IMG/VR virus record: IMGVR_UViG_3300028920_000053
DNA length: 64,000 bases
Strand: one strand, 5' to 3'
Origin: an uncultured virus (IMG/VR IMGVR_UViG_3300028920_000053)
Taxonomy: Duplodnaviria > Heunggongvirae > Uroviricota > Caudoviricetes
Shown here: in pieces, positions 43,109 to 53,950 of the stretch
How positions within the stretch are numbered: the first letter of the stretch is position 1
Layout of the letters: each line of letters opens with the position of its first letter
The notes under the pieces: generated by a model
Databases searched by the model: none
What the model saw: the letters and a program-made list of their open reading frames with translations, nothing else
What the model was told of the DNA's origin: nothing
Program-made: the position numbers and the translations under genes

Positions 43109-45163
43109 ATGGCGACCGAAGTCAAAACCAAACTGACCCTGGACGATGCCGCGTCGAAGATACTCGACGAAATCAGGGACGGCTTCGAGGAGCTGAACGA
43201 GTCGGTCGACGATGTGAAGCAGGGGACGGGCGACCTCGTCAAGGAGTTCGTCGCCATGACCGCCGCGGTCAACTTCACGGAGATGGTGAAGGGGGCCTAC
43301 AACTACGGGACGGCCATCGTGACGATGGCCTCCGGGGTGCACGACGCCGAACAGGCCCTCGCCGGCTTCAAGGCGGGTATGGAGGGGATGCCGTGGATGG
43401 TCGCGAGGCGCGAAGCGGAGGCGCTGCACGACGAGATAGAGGACCTGGCCATCACGATCGGGCAGTCGCGGGACGACATCCTCGCCGGGCACAACGCGAT
43501 CATCACCTTCCTGGGAGGTTCGAGCGAAGCCTACGCGACTGCGAAGAAGAACATCGAGGACCTGACGGTCGTCGCCAACGTGACCGGGCTGAGCGTGCAG
43601 GAGCTCGGCGCACAGTTCGGTAAGATGGGGGCCGGCTTCCTCTCTACCGAGTCGGCGGTCTTCAACCTGCTCCGCGGGACCGGCATCTTCGCGGAGAACA
43701 TCAAGGACGTCACGAAGGAATGGCAGGAGCTCACGCAGGCCGAGCGCCTGGAGCGCCTCGAATACGCGACGGGGAAGCTGGCCGACAACCTCGCGACGGC
43801 CAAGCCCACGATGACCGACCTGCTGACGAGCATGCAGGAGATGGGCAAGCAGTTCCTCGAGACGATGGGGGAGCCCGTCCTGGACGAGCTGATCCCGGTG
43901 TTCGAGGACCTGCGCGACCGGTTCATGGAGAGCAAGGCCGAGCTGCGCGCGTTCGCCCGAACGATGGGGCGCGAGGTCGCGAAGTGGGTGGTCGAGGCTG
44001 CCGACAAGATAAAGGAAGGCTTCGAGTACCTGCGAACCCACGGCGAGGAGTTCAAGCAGCACATCCTGGACGCGATGTCCACCGTCAAGCGGGTCGTCGA
44101 CTTCATCATCGCCAACAAGGAGGCCATCGCCATCGCGTTCGGGGCCAGGATGGCAGCGCCTGTCGTGGCCCCGGCGGCACAGGCTGCGAAAGGCCTTTAC
44201 CAAATGGGGGCGGGGGGCACGCAGATCGGTGGCGCGGCCCTCGCGGGGGCGGCCGGGGGCGCGGCCACGATCGCGGCCTTCGCCGCGGCGGTCGCATCCT
44301 TCGGGCTCGCGGTCGACCAGTACGTCCGGCTGCAGTCCGAGCTGTCGAACGAGCGGGGGGACGCCGGCGCGCGGATGGACTTTATGAAGAGGTTCGAGGC
44401 GACGCAGAAGGCGGGCGGGGTCGAGGCCCATCGACGGCTGTCGGCGGAAGAGGTCGCGCACTTCCAGCATGTCTCCAACGAGCTGGTCAAGCAGGCCGAC
44501 GCCTTCGGCATGACCCAGCGGCAGATGCGGTCCTACACGGACGGCCTGATGGCGATGCACCAGAAGAACCGCGAGCTGGTCCAGGACTTCCAGAACATGG
44601 TCGACGCCACGGCCAAGGCGGAGGCCATCACCCAGCAGTACACGGAGACGATGAAGAAGCAGGTCTCCGAGGGGAAGTACACCCAGGCCGCCGCCGACGA
44701 GATGATCAAGCAGTTCGCGGCCGAGAACGAGGAGACATACCTGAACGCGGCGATGTCCCTCGGTACGGCCTGGAATGTCGCGATGAATGCCGATCAGACG
44801 GGACGCGCCCAGTTCATCGCCAAGCTGCTCGGCGGCGCGACCCATCTGCAGGACGCGTTCATCGCGAGTGCCGACATGTCGGCGGCCGGGTTCAGCGAGC
44901 TGGCATCGCAGATGGAGCAATACTCGAAGGAGTTCGCCGAGCGCCTGCGCAACGCGGCGAAGGCCGAGGAGAAGATCGAGGCCGCCGCGAAGGAAGGGCC
45001 GAAGGCCCCGAAGATCCACATGTCGGGCGGCCAGACCTTCAAGATCCAGCAGGACTTCCGCGACCAGGATCCGGACCGGGTGGCCATCGTCTTCCAGCGC
45101 GACATCGCCAGGTCCGCCGAGCGCCGCTATCAGGCGCGGACGACGACGCCCTTCGGGTACTGA
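43109..45163 (+). CDS. Tape measure protein
   Basis: 684 aa, Ala-rich helical, canonical position. Confidence 0.85.
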   Translation: MATEVKTKLTLDDAASKILDEIRDGFEELNESVDDVKQGTGDLVKEFVAMTAAVNFTEMVKGAYNYGTAIVTMASGVHDAEQALAGFKAGMEGMPWMVARREAEALHDEIEDLAITIGQSRDDILAGHNAIITFLGGSSEAYATAKKNIEDLTVVANVTGLSVQELGAQFGKMGAGFLSTESAVFNLLRGTGIFAENIKDVTKEWQELTQAERLERLEYATGKLADNLATAKPTMTDLLTSMQEMGKQFLETMGEPVLDELIPVFEDLRDRFMESKAELRAFARTMGREVAKWVVEAADKIKEGFEYLRTHGEEFKQHILDAMSTVKRVVDFIIANKEAIAIAFGARMAAPVVAPAAQAAKGLYQMGAGGTQIGGAALAGAAGGAATIAAFAAAVASFGLAVDQYVRLQSELSNERGDAGARMDFMKRFEATQKAGGVEAHRRLSAEEVAHFQHVSNELVKQADAFGMTQRQMRSYTDGLMAMHQKNRELVQDFQNMVDATAKAEAITQQYTETMKKQVSEGKYTQAAADEMIKQFAAENEETYLNAAMSLGTAWNVAMNADQTGRAQFIAKLLGGATHLQDAFIASADMSAAGFSELASQMEQYSKEFAERLRNAAKAEEKIEAAAKEGPKAPKIHMSGGQTFKIQQDFRDQDPDRVAIVFQRDIARSAERRYQARTTTPFGY

Positions 45164-45223
45164 CTTTCGGGCGCCGCGGGTGCGTGGTAGCCTTCAGGAG
45201 CGAGCCGACAGGAGAACCGAACG

Positions 45224-45874
45224 ATGACGATGCCGATCATGCCTGGACTGGTGGGTGAAAACGGAGCCGAGGCCGAAGGCGGCGGGGGCGGGGGAGGATC
45301 TCCCGAGGCGCTCGTCGACGTGCTGGACTCTCTCAGCGAGGACGAGGTCAAGGCGCTCGTCGCTTCCGCAGAGGGCGAGGCCGGGGAGACGGAGGAGCAC
45401 GAGGAAGGCGAGGCCGAGACACTCGAAGACGAGGCGGGCGAGTCTCCCGAGCAGCAGGCTTCCGAGGTCGCGGCGGGGACCGAGACTTACGACTCGCTTC
45501 TGACCCAGGTCGAGGCGGAGAAGGCCGAGGCCGAAACCCTGCGCAGCGAGCTGGAAGGGCTGCTCGAGCAGGCGAAGGAGAACGAGGACGTCGGGGGCGA
45601 CCCGGCCGGCGTTGAGAAGGTGATGGGCGAAGTCGATAAGATGATCGACGAGTGCGAGAAGTTTTGGGAGCTCGCCGACAAGGCCGCGAAGGATGAGGAC
45701 GCGCAGGCGCTCGCCGAGGCCGGCATGCAGGTCAAGGAACACGTCGAGCGGATCCGCAGCAGGGTCGAGGAGGCCAAGCAGATCGCGGGTCAGAACAAGC
45801 CGTCGTCCGGGTCGATGAACCCGCAGGGCGACGCGATGAGCATGTGGGCGAACAAGGTCGCTGGCGGAGCCTGA
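45224..45874 (+). CDS. Highly acidic helical protein
   Basis: Very Glu/Asp-rich; RBS AGGAG; TGG-TAGCCT at 45185-45193. Confidence 0.7.
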   Translation: MTMPIMPGLVGENGAEAEGGGGGGGSPEALVDVLDSLSEDEVKALVASAEGEAGETEEHEEGEAETLEDEAGESPEQQASEVAAGTETYDSLLTQVEAEKAEAETLRSELEGLLEQAKENEDVGGDPAGVEKVMGEVDKMIDECEKFWELADKAAKDEDAQALAEAGMQVKEHVERIRSRVEEAKQIAGQNKPSSGSMNPQGDAMSMWANKVAGGA

Positions 45875-45895
45875 GAGGTCTAGGAGGCTCGGACG

Positions 45896-47140
45896 GTGGC
45901 GACCTCTCCAGCGAGCGCCGTCACGGTCGAGGAGCTGACCGGGACCAAGCGCAGGGTTGAGCTAGTGGGCTCCGGCCTACCCTTCCAGGGAGCCGGATGG
46001 GCCGGGCTACAGAACGTCGTCACGCAGTGGAACGCGGGCAACCCCGAGGCGACGCAGCAGGTCCTGGGTCCGCAGGAGATGCCGAGCAGCTGGGAGGGCG
46101 AGTGGACGACCACCAAGCTGGCATCGTCCCCCTGCGGCTTCGCCGAAGCAGGCGGCGCCAACCAGACGGTCGTCTTCCCCGACACGCTCGTGCAGATATT
46201 CGAGCTGCTCAGACGGGGCGGCCAGCTCCTCCGGGTGACATGGAACAACGAGAGCCTGATCGAGCTGGCGGACGGCTCGCAGCTGCCGCGCGAGTTCAAG
46301 GTCACGCGCATCGGGCGCCTGACCGAGTTCGAGTTCAACCCGGACCGCATGGACGACATCCACTGGCGGATGACCTTCGACTGGGCGGGCAGGGGCGAGC
46401 AGCAGCGCAAGGTCATCCGCTCGAAGGGGGAGGACCTCATCGCCCTGTCCAGGTCGAACATCATCGCGGCGGCCGCCGCCGTGGCGGCGATCCAGGCACC
46501 CATCAGGACCGACCCGCCGAACCGCTTTCGGTTGGGCGACCTGGAGGCGTTCACGAACGCCCCGCTGGCGCTGGTGGATGACTTCGCCCGGAGCGCCAAC
46601 GCGATCTCCAATCGCTTCAAGCAGCTCGGCGACCTCGTCATCGACCTGAAGGAGCTGCCGTCAGCCATCGCGAACCGGGGCCTCGATGTCGCGATAAACG
46701 CGACCTCCGTCGCCGCGCAGTTCGCCGACGAGCTGTCCCGCGAGGGGCCCGAAGCCCAGACGGCAAAGGCCAAGGTCTCGAACCTGATGAAGACGGGGAA
46801 GTATTTCAGCGAGACCCAGGACGGCGCCGATCGCGTCGCCGACAGCAGCATCGAGTTTTCGGCCACGATCCGCAGGAAGCGGGCGGCCAACTCCCGAGGC
46901 GGTGGACTAGGGACCAGCTCCTCGTCGGCCAAGGCGAAGCCGAACGAGATTCTGGCGATTCATGTTCCGCGCCAGGACGACACCTTCTTCAGCATCGCGA
47001 AGAAGTATTACGGGGAGGATCTGAGCGCGGAGCTCGCCAAGGTCAATGGGTTCCCCTCCTACCAGATCAAGCCTCCGCGCGTCCCGATCGTGGTTCCCGT
47101 CCGGTCGGTGCTGGATGTCCAGTCGAAGGACAGGGTCTAG
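45896..47140 (+). CDS. Baseplate/tube-initiator protein with C-terminal LysM-like domain
   Basis: HVPRQDDTFFSIAKKYYG...LAKVNG. Confidence 0.72.
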   Translation: MATSPASAVTVEELTGTKRRVELVGSGLPFQGAGWAGLQNVVTQWNAGNPEATQQVLGPQEMPSSWEGEWTTTKLASSPCGFAEAGGANQTVVFPDTLVQIFELLRRGGQLLRVTWNNESLIELADGSQLPREFKVTRIGRLTEFEFNPDRMDDIHWRMTFDWAGRGEQQRKVIRSKGEDLIALSRSNIIAAAAAVAAIQAPIRTDPPNRFRLGDLEAFTNAPLALVDDFARSANAISNRFKQLGDLVIDLKELPSAIANRGLDVAINATSVAAQFADELSREGPEAQTAKAKVSNLMKTGKYFSETQDGADRVADSSIEFSATIRRKRAANSRGGGLGTSSSSAKAKPNEILAIHVPRQDDTFFSIAKKYYGEDLSAELAKVNGFPSYQIKPPRVPIVVPVRSVLDVQSKDRV

Positions 47141-47143
47141 CGG

Positions 47144-48925
47144 ATGCCGCAGAGGGACGAACCGCTCCAGCAATACTATCCCGGGTGCAGGGTGCGCCTG
47201 ATCATACGGCTGGAGGACTTCGGCAAGGACGACACGCCCGAGCCGCCCGAGCGTCCGACAACGATCCGTCGGGGCAAGGGGGACAAGGCGAGCAGCCCGT
47301 CGCTGGAAGTGCAGAGGCAGGACGACGGCTCGTTCCTCCTGCTGGCGCCGGGCGACGACCCGAGCGCCCTCGGATCGCCCCAGCAGCAGCGCGAGTCGAG
47401 CGACAAGCGGACATTCGGGATCGAGGGCATCATCCCGAGGACCTGCCAGGTCATGCTGAACGGCATCCGGACGGCGGACACCTGTTCGATGGACATCTAC
47501 TACCGCGATCTCCCGCTGGACCCACGGGTTATCAGATCGATCGCGGTCGAGGCGTTCATCGGCACGGTGCCGGCGGCGGACTTCCAGCGCGGGATCCAGG
47601 GTGAGGTCCGAAGCGACGCGACGCCGAGCGGCCAGCCCTTCCCGTGGAACACGATCCCCGAGGAGTACACGGACTCGAACGGGAAGCGACGGACGAACCT
47701 CCGCTTCCAGGGATGGGTCGACGACTGGGAGCTGATGTGGGGGGAGTCGGACGTCCCGGTCGTGCACCTGGAGTGCACCGACAACACGCGGCTGCTGCTC
47801 GAGCAGAATGCTGGCCCGAAGCTGACGGTGGATCCCGACATCCCGATCGACGAGGCGTTCGCCCGCTACCTGTCGAACTACCCCCAGTTCCGCGGGTTGT
47901 CGGTCAGCTACCTGCCGGCGGGCTCCGATCCCCCCGTGTTCGCGGATGCGCTCAACAAGACGGCGTACCAGCCCAAGCTGGGCCCGGCCGCCAGCAAGGG
48001 GGGCAGCTCGCAGCTCAAGGTGTGGGACTATCTGACGGACGTCGCCGGGGCGCTCGGGCTATCGATCCGGTTCGAGGGGACGACCGTCATCCTACAGCGA
48101 CCGAGGACCCTGCTCGGCGCGGCCTTCAGCGGGAGGCCGGACGACCCCTTCACCGGCCGCAACCTCCCGAGCGGGACGACCCTTCTGAACCGCCTTTACG
48201 TCTACGGGCACAACCTCGCCGAGCTGAGCTTTCGTCGGAAGTTCGCGCGGTTCGACCCCCAGAACATCGAGGTCAGGTCGTACGACACGGGCGAGAAGAA
48301 GACCCTGGTGGTTCGCTTTCCCGAGAAGGACAAGCGGCAGAAGTCGCTGCAGCCTGGCGACAGCTCGGACCAGAAGTGGACTGTCCTCCGCGTGACCGGC
48401 ATCCGCGACGAGGAGACGCTGCGGGTGGTGGCGCAGCAGCTGTACGAGCAGATTGGTCGGCAGGAGCTGGAGAGCCGCTTCGTCACGAAGAACCTCGCCA
48501 GCTTCGGTGGAGGGAACCTGGATCCGGACGCGCTCGACGTCAGGCCGGGAGATCCGATCGATGTCGAGGTTGGGACCGGGATCGATTCGGAGGAGGGAGG
48601 CGAGACGACGCAGGAGGACATCGCCGCCAAGATGCGGACCCAGGCGAGCGACTTCCTGCAGGCGCTCGGCTTCCCGCAGGACTTCGCGGACGCGTACCAG
48701 GAGGCCGTCTCGAACATCGGGGTGCAGTCGACGTTCCGGGTCCGCTCGTTCGGGATCGATTGGGACTACGAGGCCGAGGGCGTGACGCTGGACTTCGAGT
48801 GTACGAACTACATCGAGGTGAGGGCCGACGCCGAGCTCCCACAGGGCGAGGAGATCGAGCCCACCGACTCGGCGGGCGCCCAGCCGGTGGACGTCGTGGT
48901 CGAGGACGTGGGGGGAGGAGTCTAG
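47144..48925 (+). CDS. Baseplate hub protein (gpD/gp27-like)
   Basis: Synteny; FQGWVD...LECTD.T..L pattern. Confidence 0.65.
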   Translation: MPQRDEPLQQYYPGCRVRLIIRLEDFGKDDTPEPPERPTTIRRGKGDKASSPSLEVQRQDDGSFLLLAPGDDPSALGSPQQQRESSDKRTFGIEGIIPRTCQVMLNGIRTADTCSMDIYYRDLPLDPRVIRSIAVEAFIGTVPAADFQRGIQGEVRSDATPSGQPFPWNTIPEEYTDSNGKRRTNLRFQGWVDDWELMWGESDVPVVHLECTDNTRLLLEQNAGPKLTVDPDIPIDEAFARYLSNYPQFRGLSVSYLPAGSDPPVFADALNKTAYQPKLGPAASKGGSSQLKVWDYLTDVAGALGLSIRFEGTTVILQRPRTLLGAAFSGRPDDPFTGRNLPSGTTLLNRLYVYGHNLAELSFRRKFARFDPQNIEVRSYDTGEKKTLVVRFPEKDKRQKSLQPGDSSDQKWTVLRVTGIRDEETLRVVAQQLYEQIGRQELESRFVTKNLASFGGGNLDPDALDVRPGDPIDVEVGTGIDSEEGGETTQEDIAAKMRTQASDFLQALGFPQDFADAYQEAVSNIGVQSTFRVRSFGIDWDYEAEGVTLDFECTNYIEVRADAELPQGEEIEPTDSAGAQPVDVVVEDVGGGV

Positions 48926-49957
48926 GTGGCCCGCTACGGGCACAGGCGGCCGCGGAAGCCGCTCGATCAGATGACCGCGGCGCAGGCATTCTCGCAGCCT
49001 GGGATCGATCCTCGGCAGTGGGTCAGCTTCGGCCTGGTCACGGCGGGCGATAATCCGGACGTCCCCGAGCCGGTGGTCTTCGACGAGGACGAGGGGCAGC
49101 CGCTCGTCCGCGTGACGCTGGAGCCGTCGAAGGTCCCCGTGATGTGCCGAGTCGCGAGCATGCTCGCCGGCGACGGGGAGGGCGAGTGGAACCCGCTGGT
49201 GGTCGGGGACGAGGTCATCGTCGTGATCCCCGAAGGCGACGAGCGGGCCGGCGGGGTCATCCTCGGCAAACTCAACAACCGGCTGGACAAGTTCCCGTTC
49301 GAGTCGGTGGCGGGGCAGGACCCGAAGGAGAACGGCTTCGCCTTTCGTCGGCGCCGGACCCCTTACGTCGAGGAGTTCGCGGGCCCGATCCTCCTGCGGT
49401 CCGCACTGAGCGAGGGCTTCATCTCGCTGGACGCGGCGGGTGTCATCACGCTGAAGGGCGTCGAGAACGTCGTGCTCGGGATGGACGCGGACCAGTTCAC
49501 GGTGCAGGGGCCGAGCAGCGATGAGAGCCCCCCCGAACACATCCTACAGATCAACTGGACCGACTCGCAGTTCACGCTCCAGGTCGGGCCCGACACGCTG
49601 CTCACCTTCGGGGAGTCCGGGACCAACCTGTGGAAGGTGCCGGGTGCGCTGGCGATCTCCGCGAGCGGATCCGAGGCGGCCGAGCATCTGGTCACGACCG
49701 AGGCGCTCGCGAACATCCTGGCGGCCTTCGCCATATCCGTGGGGGCGTTCGTCCCCGCCACGACCCCGACGCTCGCCGACCCGATCCTGGCGGGAGTCTT
49801 CGCGGCGGCCCTGTCGAGCGGCTCCTACGCGTCCTTCCCGCTAACCCAGGCGGCCGTCTTCTCGGGCTTCGCCGCCCACCCACCCAAGCCGCCCGCGTCT
49901 CCGACGACCGGGCAGATCGCGCCGGGCCTCGGCTGCCCGGGGCTGCTGGCAGGCTGA
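48926..49957 (+). CDS. Baseplate spike protein (gpV-like)
   Basis: OB-fold-type P..GDEV.V..P.GD...GVILG motif. Confidence 0.7.
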   Translation: MARYGHRRPRKPLDQMTAAQAFSQPGIDPRQWVSFGLVTAGDNPDVPEPVVFDEDEGQPLVRVTLEPSKVPVMCRVASMLAGDGEGEWNPLVVGDEVIVVIPEGDERAGGVILGKLNNRLDKFPFESVAGQDPKENGFAFRRRRTPYVEEFAGPILLRSALSEGFISLDAAGVITLKGVENVVLGMDADQFTVQGPSSDESPPEHILQINWTDSQFTLQVGPDTLLTFGESGTNLWKVPGALAISASGSEAAEHLVTTEALANILAAFAISVGAFVPATTPTLADPILAGVFAAALSSGSYASFPLTQAAVFSGFAAHPPKPPASPTTGQIAPGLGCPGLLAG

Positions 49958-49958
49958 C

Positions 49959-50255
49959 ATGGGATCGCCTCCTCCTCCCGACGCCCCATCCCTCGACCAG
50001 CAGGCATCTGCTGACGCGGAGATCGGATTCGAGCCGTCGCCGAGCGGGCCGAGCATCTGCGGCTTCGGCTTCCCGCAGTTCGTGTTCAGCCTGTCGTTCA
50101 GCATCCCGGGCTTCCCGCCGTTTCCGATCCCGCCGAACCTCTCGTTCTTCCTCGGACTCAACTGCGACCTGTCCAACCCATTCGACTTCGAGGCGGAGGG
50201 CTTCGGGAAGCGCGTCAGCAACATCGATCCCGAGGCCGACCCGGAGTTCGGCTAG
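49959..50255 (+). CDS. Small Pro/Phe-rich baseplate-region protein
   Basis: Fills the gap; codon bias. Confidence 0.55.
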   Translation: MGSPPPPDAPSLDQQASADAEIGFEPSPSGPSICGFGFPQFVFSLSFSIPGFPPFPIPPNLSFFLGLNCDLSNPFDFEAEGFGKRVSNIDPEADPEFG

Positions 50256-50287
50256 CTGGCCCCGGTGCCGTCGTGTAGACTGTCGGC

Positions 50288-51247
50288 ATGCCCGCCCAAG
50301 TCTTCGGACCGCTTCCGATAGACCTGTCCGCGACGCCCGCCGACTGCACATTCTCGGAGGGCGGATGGGCGGTCGGCTGGGGTGACGAAGGATGGGGCGA
50401 TGGCAACCAGGAAGCCGGGCTGTGCCTGGTCCGAGCGCTGGCCTGGCGCGAGAACGTCGTCCGACTCTTCTTCAGCCAGGACGTCCTGTTCCGGAACCTG
50501 CTCGAGCGGGGCGACGGGGCGGACATCGAGCGCTACAGCGTGGCGGTCGTCGCCGGGACTGTGGGGATCGATGGCTTGGAGGTGAGGCCGGTCCTGCCGC
50601 TGCTGGCGAACCCGGTCCTGGGTAGGCCGAAGGAGGTCGACCTGTGGGTGGACCGACCCTTCTCGCCATGGCCCGCCAGGTACATCGTCGAGGTCAATGG
50701 GATCCTGGGGACCGACTGCCAGGAGCTGGCGGTCCGCGAGGTCGAGTTTTTTGGGCTGTTCAAGGGCCTGCCTTCCCCGCTCCCGGAGCTCGCGCCTACT
50801 TCGAGGGACATCGCGAACCCGCAGACGGGGGACGCACTGTTCGACCCATTGCCGGAGGCCAGCACGCTGCCGGACGACTTCTTCGCGACGTACCGGTACG
50901 ACGAGACCGGCGACGTCGCGACGGACGAGGGGCTCGCCTCGTACAAGAAGCGGGTGTTCCGCAGGCTCCTCACCAAGAAGAACAGGTTCGCTCACTTGCC
51001 GGGGTACGGGACCCTGATCCCCGACAGCGTGAAGCGGTTGGCGCGCCCGGCGCTTCGCCAGTCTCTCGCGGCCGATGCCGAGGACCAGATCCGGCAGGAG
51101 CCGGAGACGGTCGCGGTGAAGGTGGTCGTCGAGATGACGACCCAGGGGGTCGCCTTCTACCGGATCAGGGTCAAGACCAACATCGGCAAGGCCGCGAACA
51201 TGGCGGTCCCCATCGCCTTCAGCCCGACCGAGGAAACCAATGGCTGA
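50288..51247 (+). CDS. Baseplate protein with C-terminal gp25/W-like domain
   Basis: RRLLT.K..F.HLP.YG...I.QEPE motif. Confidence 0.72.
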   Translation: MPAQVFGPLPIDLSATPADCTFSEGGWAVGWGDEGWGDGNQEAGLCLVRALAWRENVVRLFFSQDVLFRNLLERGDGADIERYSVAVVAGTVGIDGLEVRPVLPLLANPVLGRPKEVDLWVDRPFSPWPARYIVEVNGILGTDCQELAVREVEFFGLFKGLPSPLPELAPTSRDIANPQTGDALFDPLPEASTLPDDFFATYRYDETGDVATDEGLASYKKRVFRRLLTKKNRFAHLPGYGTLIPDSVKRLARPALRQSLAADAEDQIRQEPETVAVKVVVEMTTQGVAFYRIRVKTNIGKAANMAVPIAFSPTEETNG

Positions 51248-52352
51248 GATCCTCAACCGTCTCGACTTCTTTCAGATCGGACGCCGCTATGTCGTGTCCA
51301 GGGCGAAGCGCATCGAGCCGACGCTGGTCGACGTCGAGGGCACCGACATCAACCTGTTCGTGGGCAGCCAGTCCTATTGCGCCCACGCCGTCAGCCGACA
51401 GCTGACCGAGCGGGTGAGCGCCCTGCTGCTCGACGGCGGCGAGGGCGAGGACCTCGACCGCTACGGGCAGGACCGCTACCAGCTGCCGCGCAACGGCGCG
51501 GCCGCGGCGCTCGGGACCGTGCGGTTCTTCCGGACGAGCGCGGCGCTCGGCGGCGGGACGATCCAGGCGGGCAGGAAGCTGATCACCCTGGTCGGCACCG
51601 AGTTCGTGACGATCACGGACGCGGTCTTCGGCGCGAGCGACCTGTCCGCGAATGCGTTCGTCCGGGCCGTCCAGGCCGGCAAGGAGTACCAGGTCGGGGC
51701 CAACCAGATCCGACGCGTCGACCGCGTCGGCGACCTGTTCGACCCCACGCTCCAGGTGAACAACGACGAGCGCACGGCAGGCGGCGAGGAGGTCGAGGAC
51801 GACGACATCTACCGCGAGCGAATCCGGGACTTCTGGGGATCCGTCAGGCGCGGGACCTTGCAGGCGATCGAGTTCGGCGCGCGGACGGTGGCGGGCGTTG
51901 AGTCCGCCAGCGCGTTCGAGCCGATCGACGAGGACGACGGGGAGCCGGTCCGGATCGTCGAGCTATTCATCGCGGACAGCTCGGGGGTCGCGTCCGCAGC
52001 GCTGGCGGACACGGTTCAGGACGCCCTGCTGGAGTACAGGGCGGGCGGCATCCCGGTCTCCGTGGTCGGGAGCATCCCGCAGATCATCGACATCCAGCTG
52101 GACCTGACCTTCCGCGCCGGCGTCAACACGACCGGCCTGGTCGACCGAATCCGGGCCGCCATCGTGTCGTTCGTCAATTCGCTCGGGGTCAACTCCTCGC
52201 TGCTCAAAAACGACCTGGGCGCGGTCCTCGCTCGCTACAGGACGGACGGGCTGATCCCGACCGAGGGTAGCATCGTCGAGCCTGCTGGCGACCTGATCCC
52301 CGACTCCGGGAGGACCCTGCGGACCAGGCTGGAGAACGTGGTGACGGTCTGA
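51240..52352 (+). CDS. Baseplate J-like wedge protein
   Basis: GEDLDR, A.G.V.F, GG.E.EDDD.YR.RI, RGT..A. Confidence 0.88.
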   Translation: MAEILNRLDFFQIGRRYVVSRAKRIEPTLVDVEGTDINLFVGSQSYCAHAVSRQLTERVSALLLDGGEGEDLDRYGQDRYQLPRNGAAAALGTVRFFRTSAALGGGTIQAGRKLITLVGTEFVTITDAVFGASDLSANAFVRAVQAGKEYQVGANQIRRVDRVGDLFDPTLQVNNDERTAGGEEVEDDDIYRERIRDFWGSVRRGTLQAIEFGARTVAGVESASAFEPIDEDDGEPVRIVELFIADSSGVASAALADTVQDALLEYRAGGIPVSVVGSIPQIIDIQLDLTFRAGVNTTGLVDRIRAAIVSFVNSLGVNSSLLKNDLGAVLARYRTDGLIPTEGSIVEPAGDLIPDSGRTLRTRLENVVTV

Positions 52353-53941
52353 TGCCTGAAGTCAAGCGGGGGCCGCTCACGCGGCAGGAAATCACGGCGC
52401 TGTGGGTAGGAGTCACCGACCCCGGATACCATCAGCCATTCCTGGAAAACCCGGAAGACTCCGGATTCGAGGCAATCGAGCAGGCGCACGAGCAGTTTGC
52501 CCGCGCGAGCGTGATGGTCGACCGGGTGACGCAGGCGATGTTCATCTGCCCGTGGTCGGGCCAGACGGATGAGCCGGCGAGCGGCGGACGCGTGGCGAAA
52601 GGCGACCTGTCCGTCGCGAGGTCGAGTTCCGATACCAAGCTCCCGGTTGTGCTTCAGAAGGGGCTGGTCATCCTGCACGTCGTCGATGACTTCGGGAAGG
52701 ACGGCGCGGTCGAGGTCGTGACGGGCAGGCGCTATCTACTAAGCGAGACAACGACCGTCGGTTCCGGCGAGCGCGGCCCAATCTTGGCCCCCTACGAATC
52801 CGAGCGCGAGGGAGCCGCCTACAATCTCCCCCTGCCCGACACGCTCATCCGCATCGAACAGCTCGGGCGCACGTTCGGGAACGACAATGCAGAGCTGATC
52901 GCAGGGAACGTCCTCCGCATGCCCGCCGATCCGGACGTCGTGACGCCCAGGCAGATCGGACAATACCTGGAGATCGCGGACGGCCCGGCCCCATCTCCTG
53001 GTCAGCGTCGGAGGATCGTCGACGTGCGGAGCGGATCGAGCCCCGAAGCGATCCTGGACACGGTCGGCCTGTACTCGGTGACGGCCATCGCCGGGACCTT
53101 CGCGAAGAACGAGCAGCTGGAGGTGCTGGGCAGCGCCATCGCCACGTTCAGGTCGTTGGGGAACGGTAAGCTGGCGGCCGAGCTGCTGGGGACCGCGCTG
53201 ACGATCGGCCCCGGCGATGTCTTGGTCGGGGCTATGTCTGGGGCGACAGCGACTGTCGTGGCGGTCGAGCTGGACCCGGTGCTCCCGACGGGCCCGCTCG
53301 TGACGTGGCGGATCCTCGGATGGGAGGACGACCTCGGGATTTCGGTCACGAACGAGGAGTCCCCGAGCGACGGTCGCAGTCCATGGCTTGACGAGCTGGG
53401 CGCCGAGCGGAACGTCGACAGATCGGCGGGCGAGGCCGACGACGACTATCGGAAGCGGGTCAAGGAACCGGCGGACGTCGTGAGCCCGAACGCGATCGTT
53501 AGGACCATCAACAGGATCCTGCTCCCGCTCGGCTGCCAGGGCTGCTTCTACGAGCACGGCAACGGGATTCAGGGGTTCTTCTACGACGCGGGATCCAGCG
53601 ACGACGCGCCGCAGGACCCGGACCGGAACTTCGCCTACGACGTGGACCCATCCCTTCGCCCGCAGGACGCGACCAAGCTGTACTTCGACTTCCTGGAGAT
53701 GCGAGCCTTCTTCATGGTCGGCGTGTGCCGGCTCGGCGGCGGCGACTTCGGGTTCGCGTACGACGACGACGACCGCGGCTTCTACGACCGGGTGGACGGG
53801 GTCGGATTCTACGACGGCTATCCGGTAGAAGCGGCCGCCGCCTACACCGCGCTGCACGACGAGCTGGAACGGGTGAAGGCGGGCGGGGTAGGCTTCGTGC
53901 TATTCATCGACGACGTGGGGTGCGACTCTGCGTGTCCGTAG
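52352..53941 (+). CDS. Baseplate wedge/tail protein
   Basis: WLDELG.ER...R..GEADDDYR.R motif; K..G C-terminus. Confidence 0.65.
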   Translation: MPEVKRGPLTRQEITALWVGVTDPGYHQPFLENPEDSGFEAIEQAHEQFARASVMVDRVTQAMFICPWSGQTDEPASGGRVAKGDLSVARSSSDTKLPVVLQKGLVILHVVDDFGKDGAVEVVTGRRYLLSETTTVGSGERGPILAPYESEREGAAYNLPLPDTLIRIEQLGRTFGNDNAELIAGNVLRMPADPDVVTPRQIGQYLEIADGPAPSPGQRRRIVDVRSGSSPEAILDTVGLYSVTAIAGTFAKNEQLEVLGSAIATFRSLGNGKLAAELLGTALTIGPGDVLVGAMSGATATVVAVELDPVLPTGPLVTWRILGWEDDLGISVTNEESPSDGRSPWLDELGAERNVDRSAGEADDDYRKRVKEPADVVSPNAIVRTINRILLPLGCQGCFYEHGNGIQGFFYDAGSSDDAPQDPDRNFAYDVDPSLRPQDATKLYFDFLEMRAFFMVGVCRLGGGDFGFAYDDDDRGFYDRVDGVGFYDGYPVEAAAAYTALHDELERVKAGGVGFVLFIDDVGCDSACP

Positions 53942-53950
53942 GAGGACCAA

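Noticed and set aside
42713..45019. Long minus-strand ORFs (also 23465-25825, 19387-21357, 60378-61916 and others)
   Set aside because: Antisense shadows of real + strand genes in high-GC DNA; no recognisable motifs
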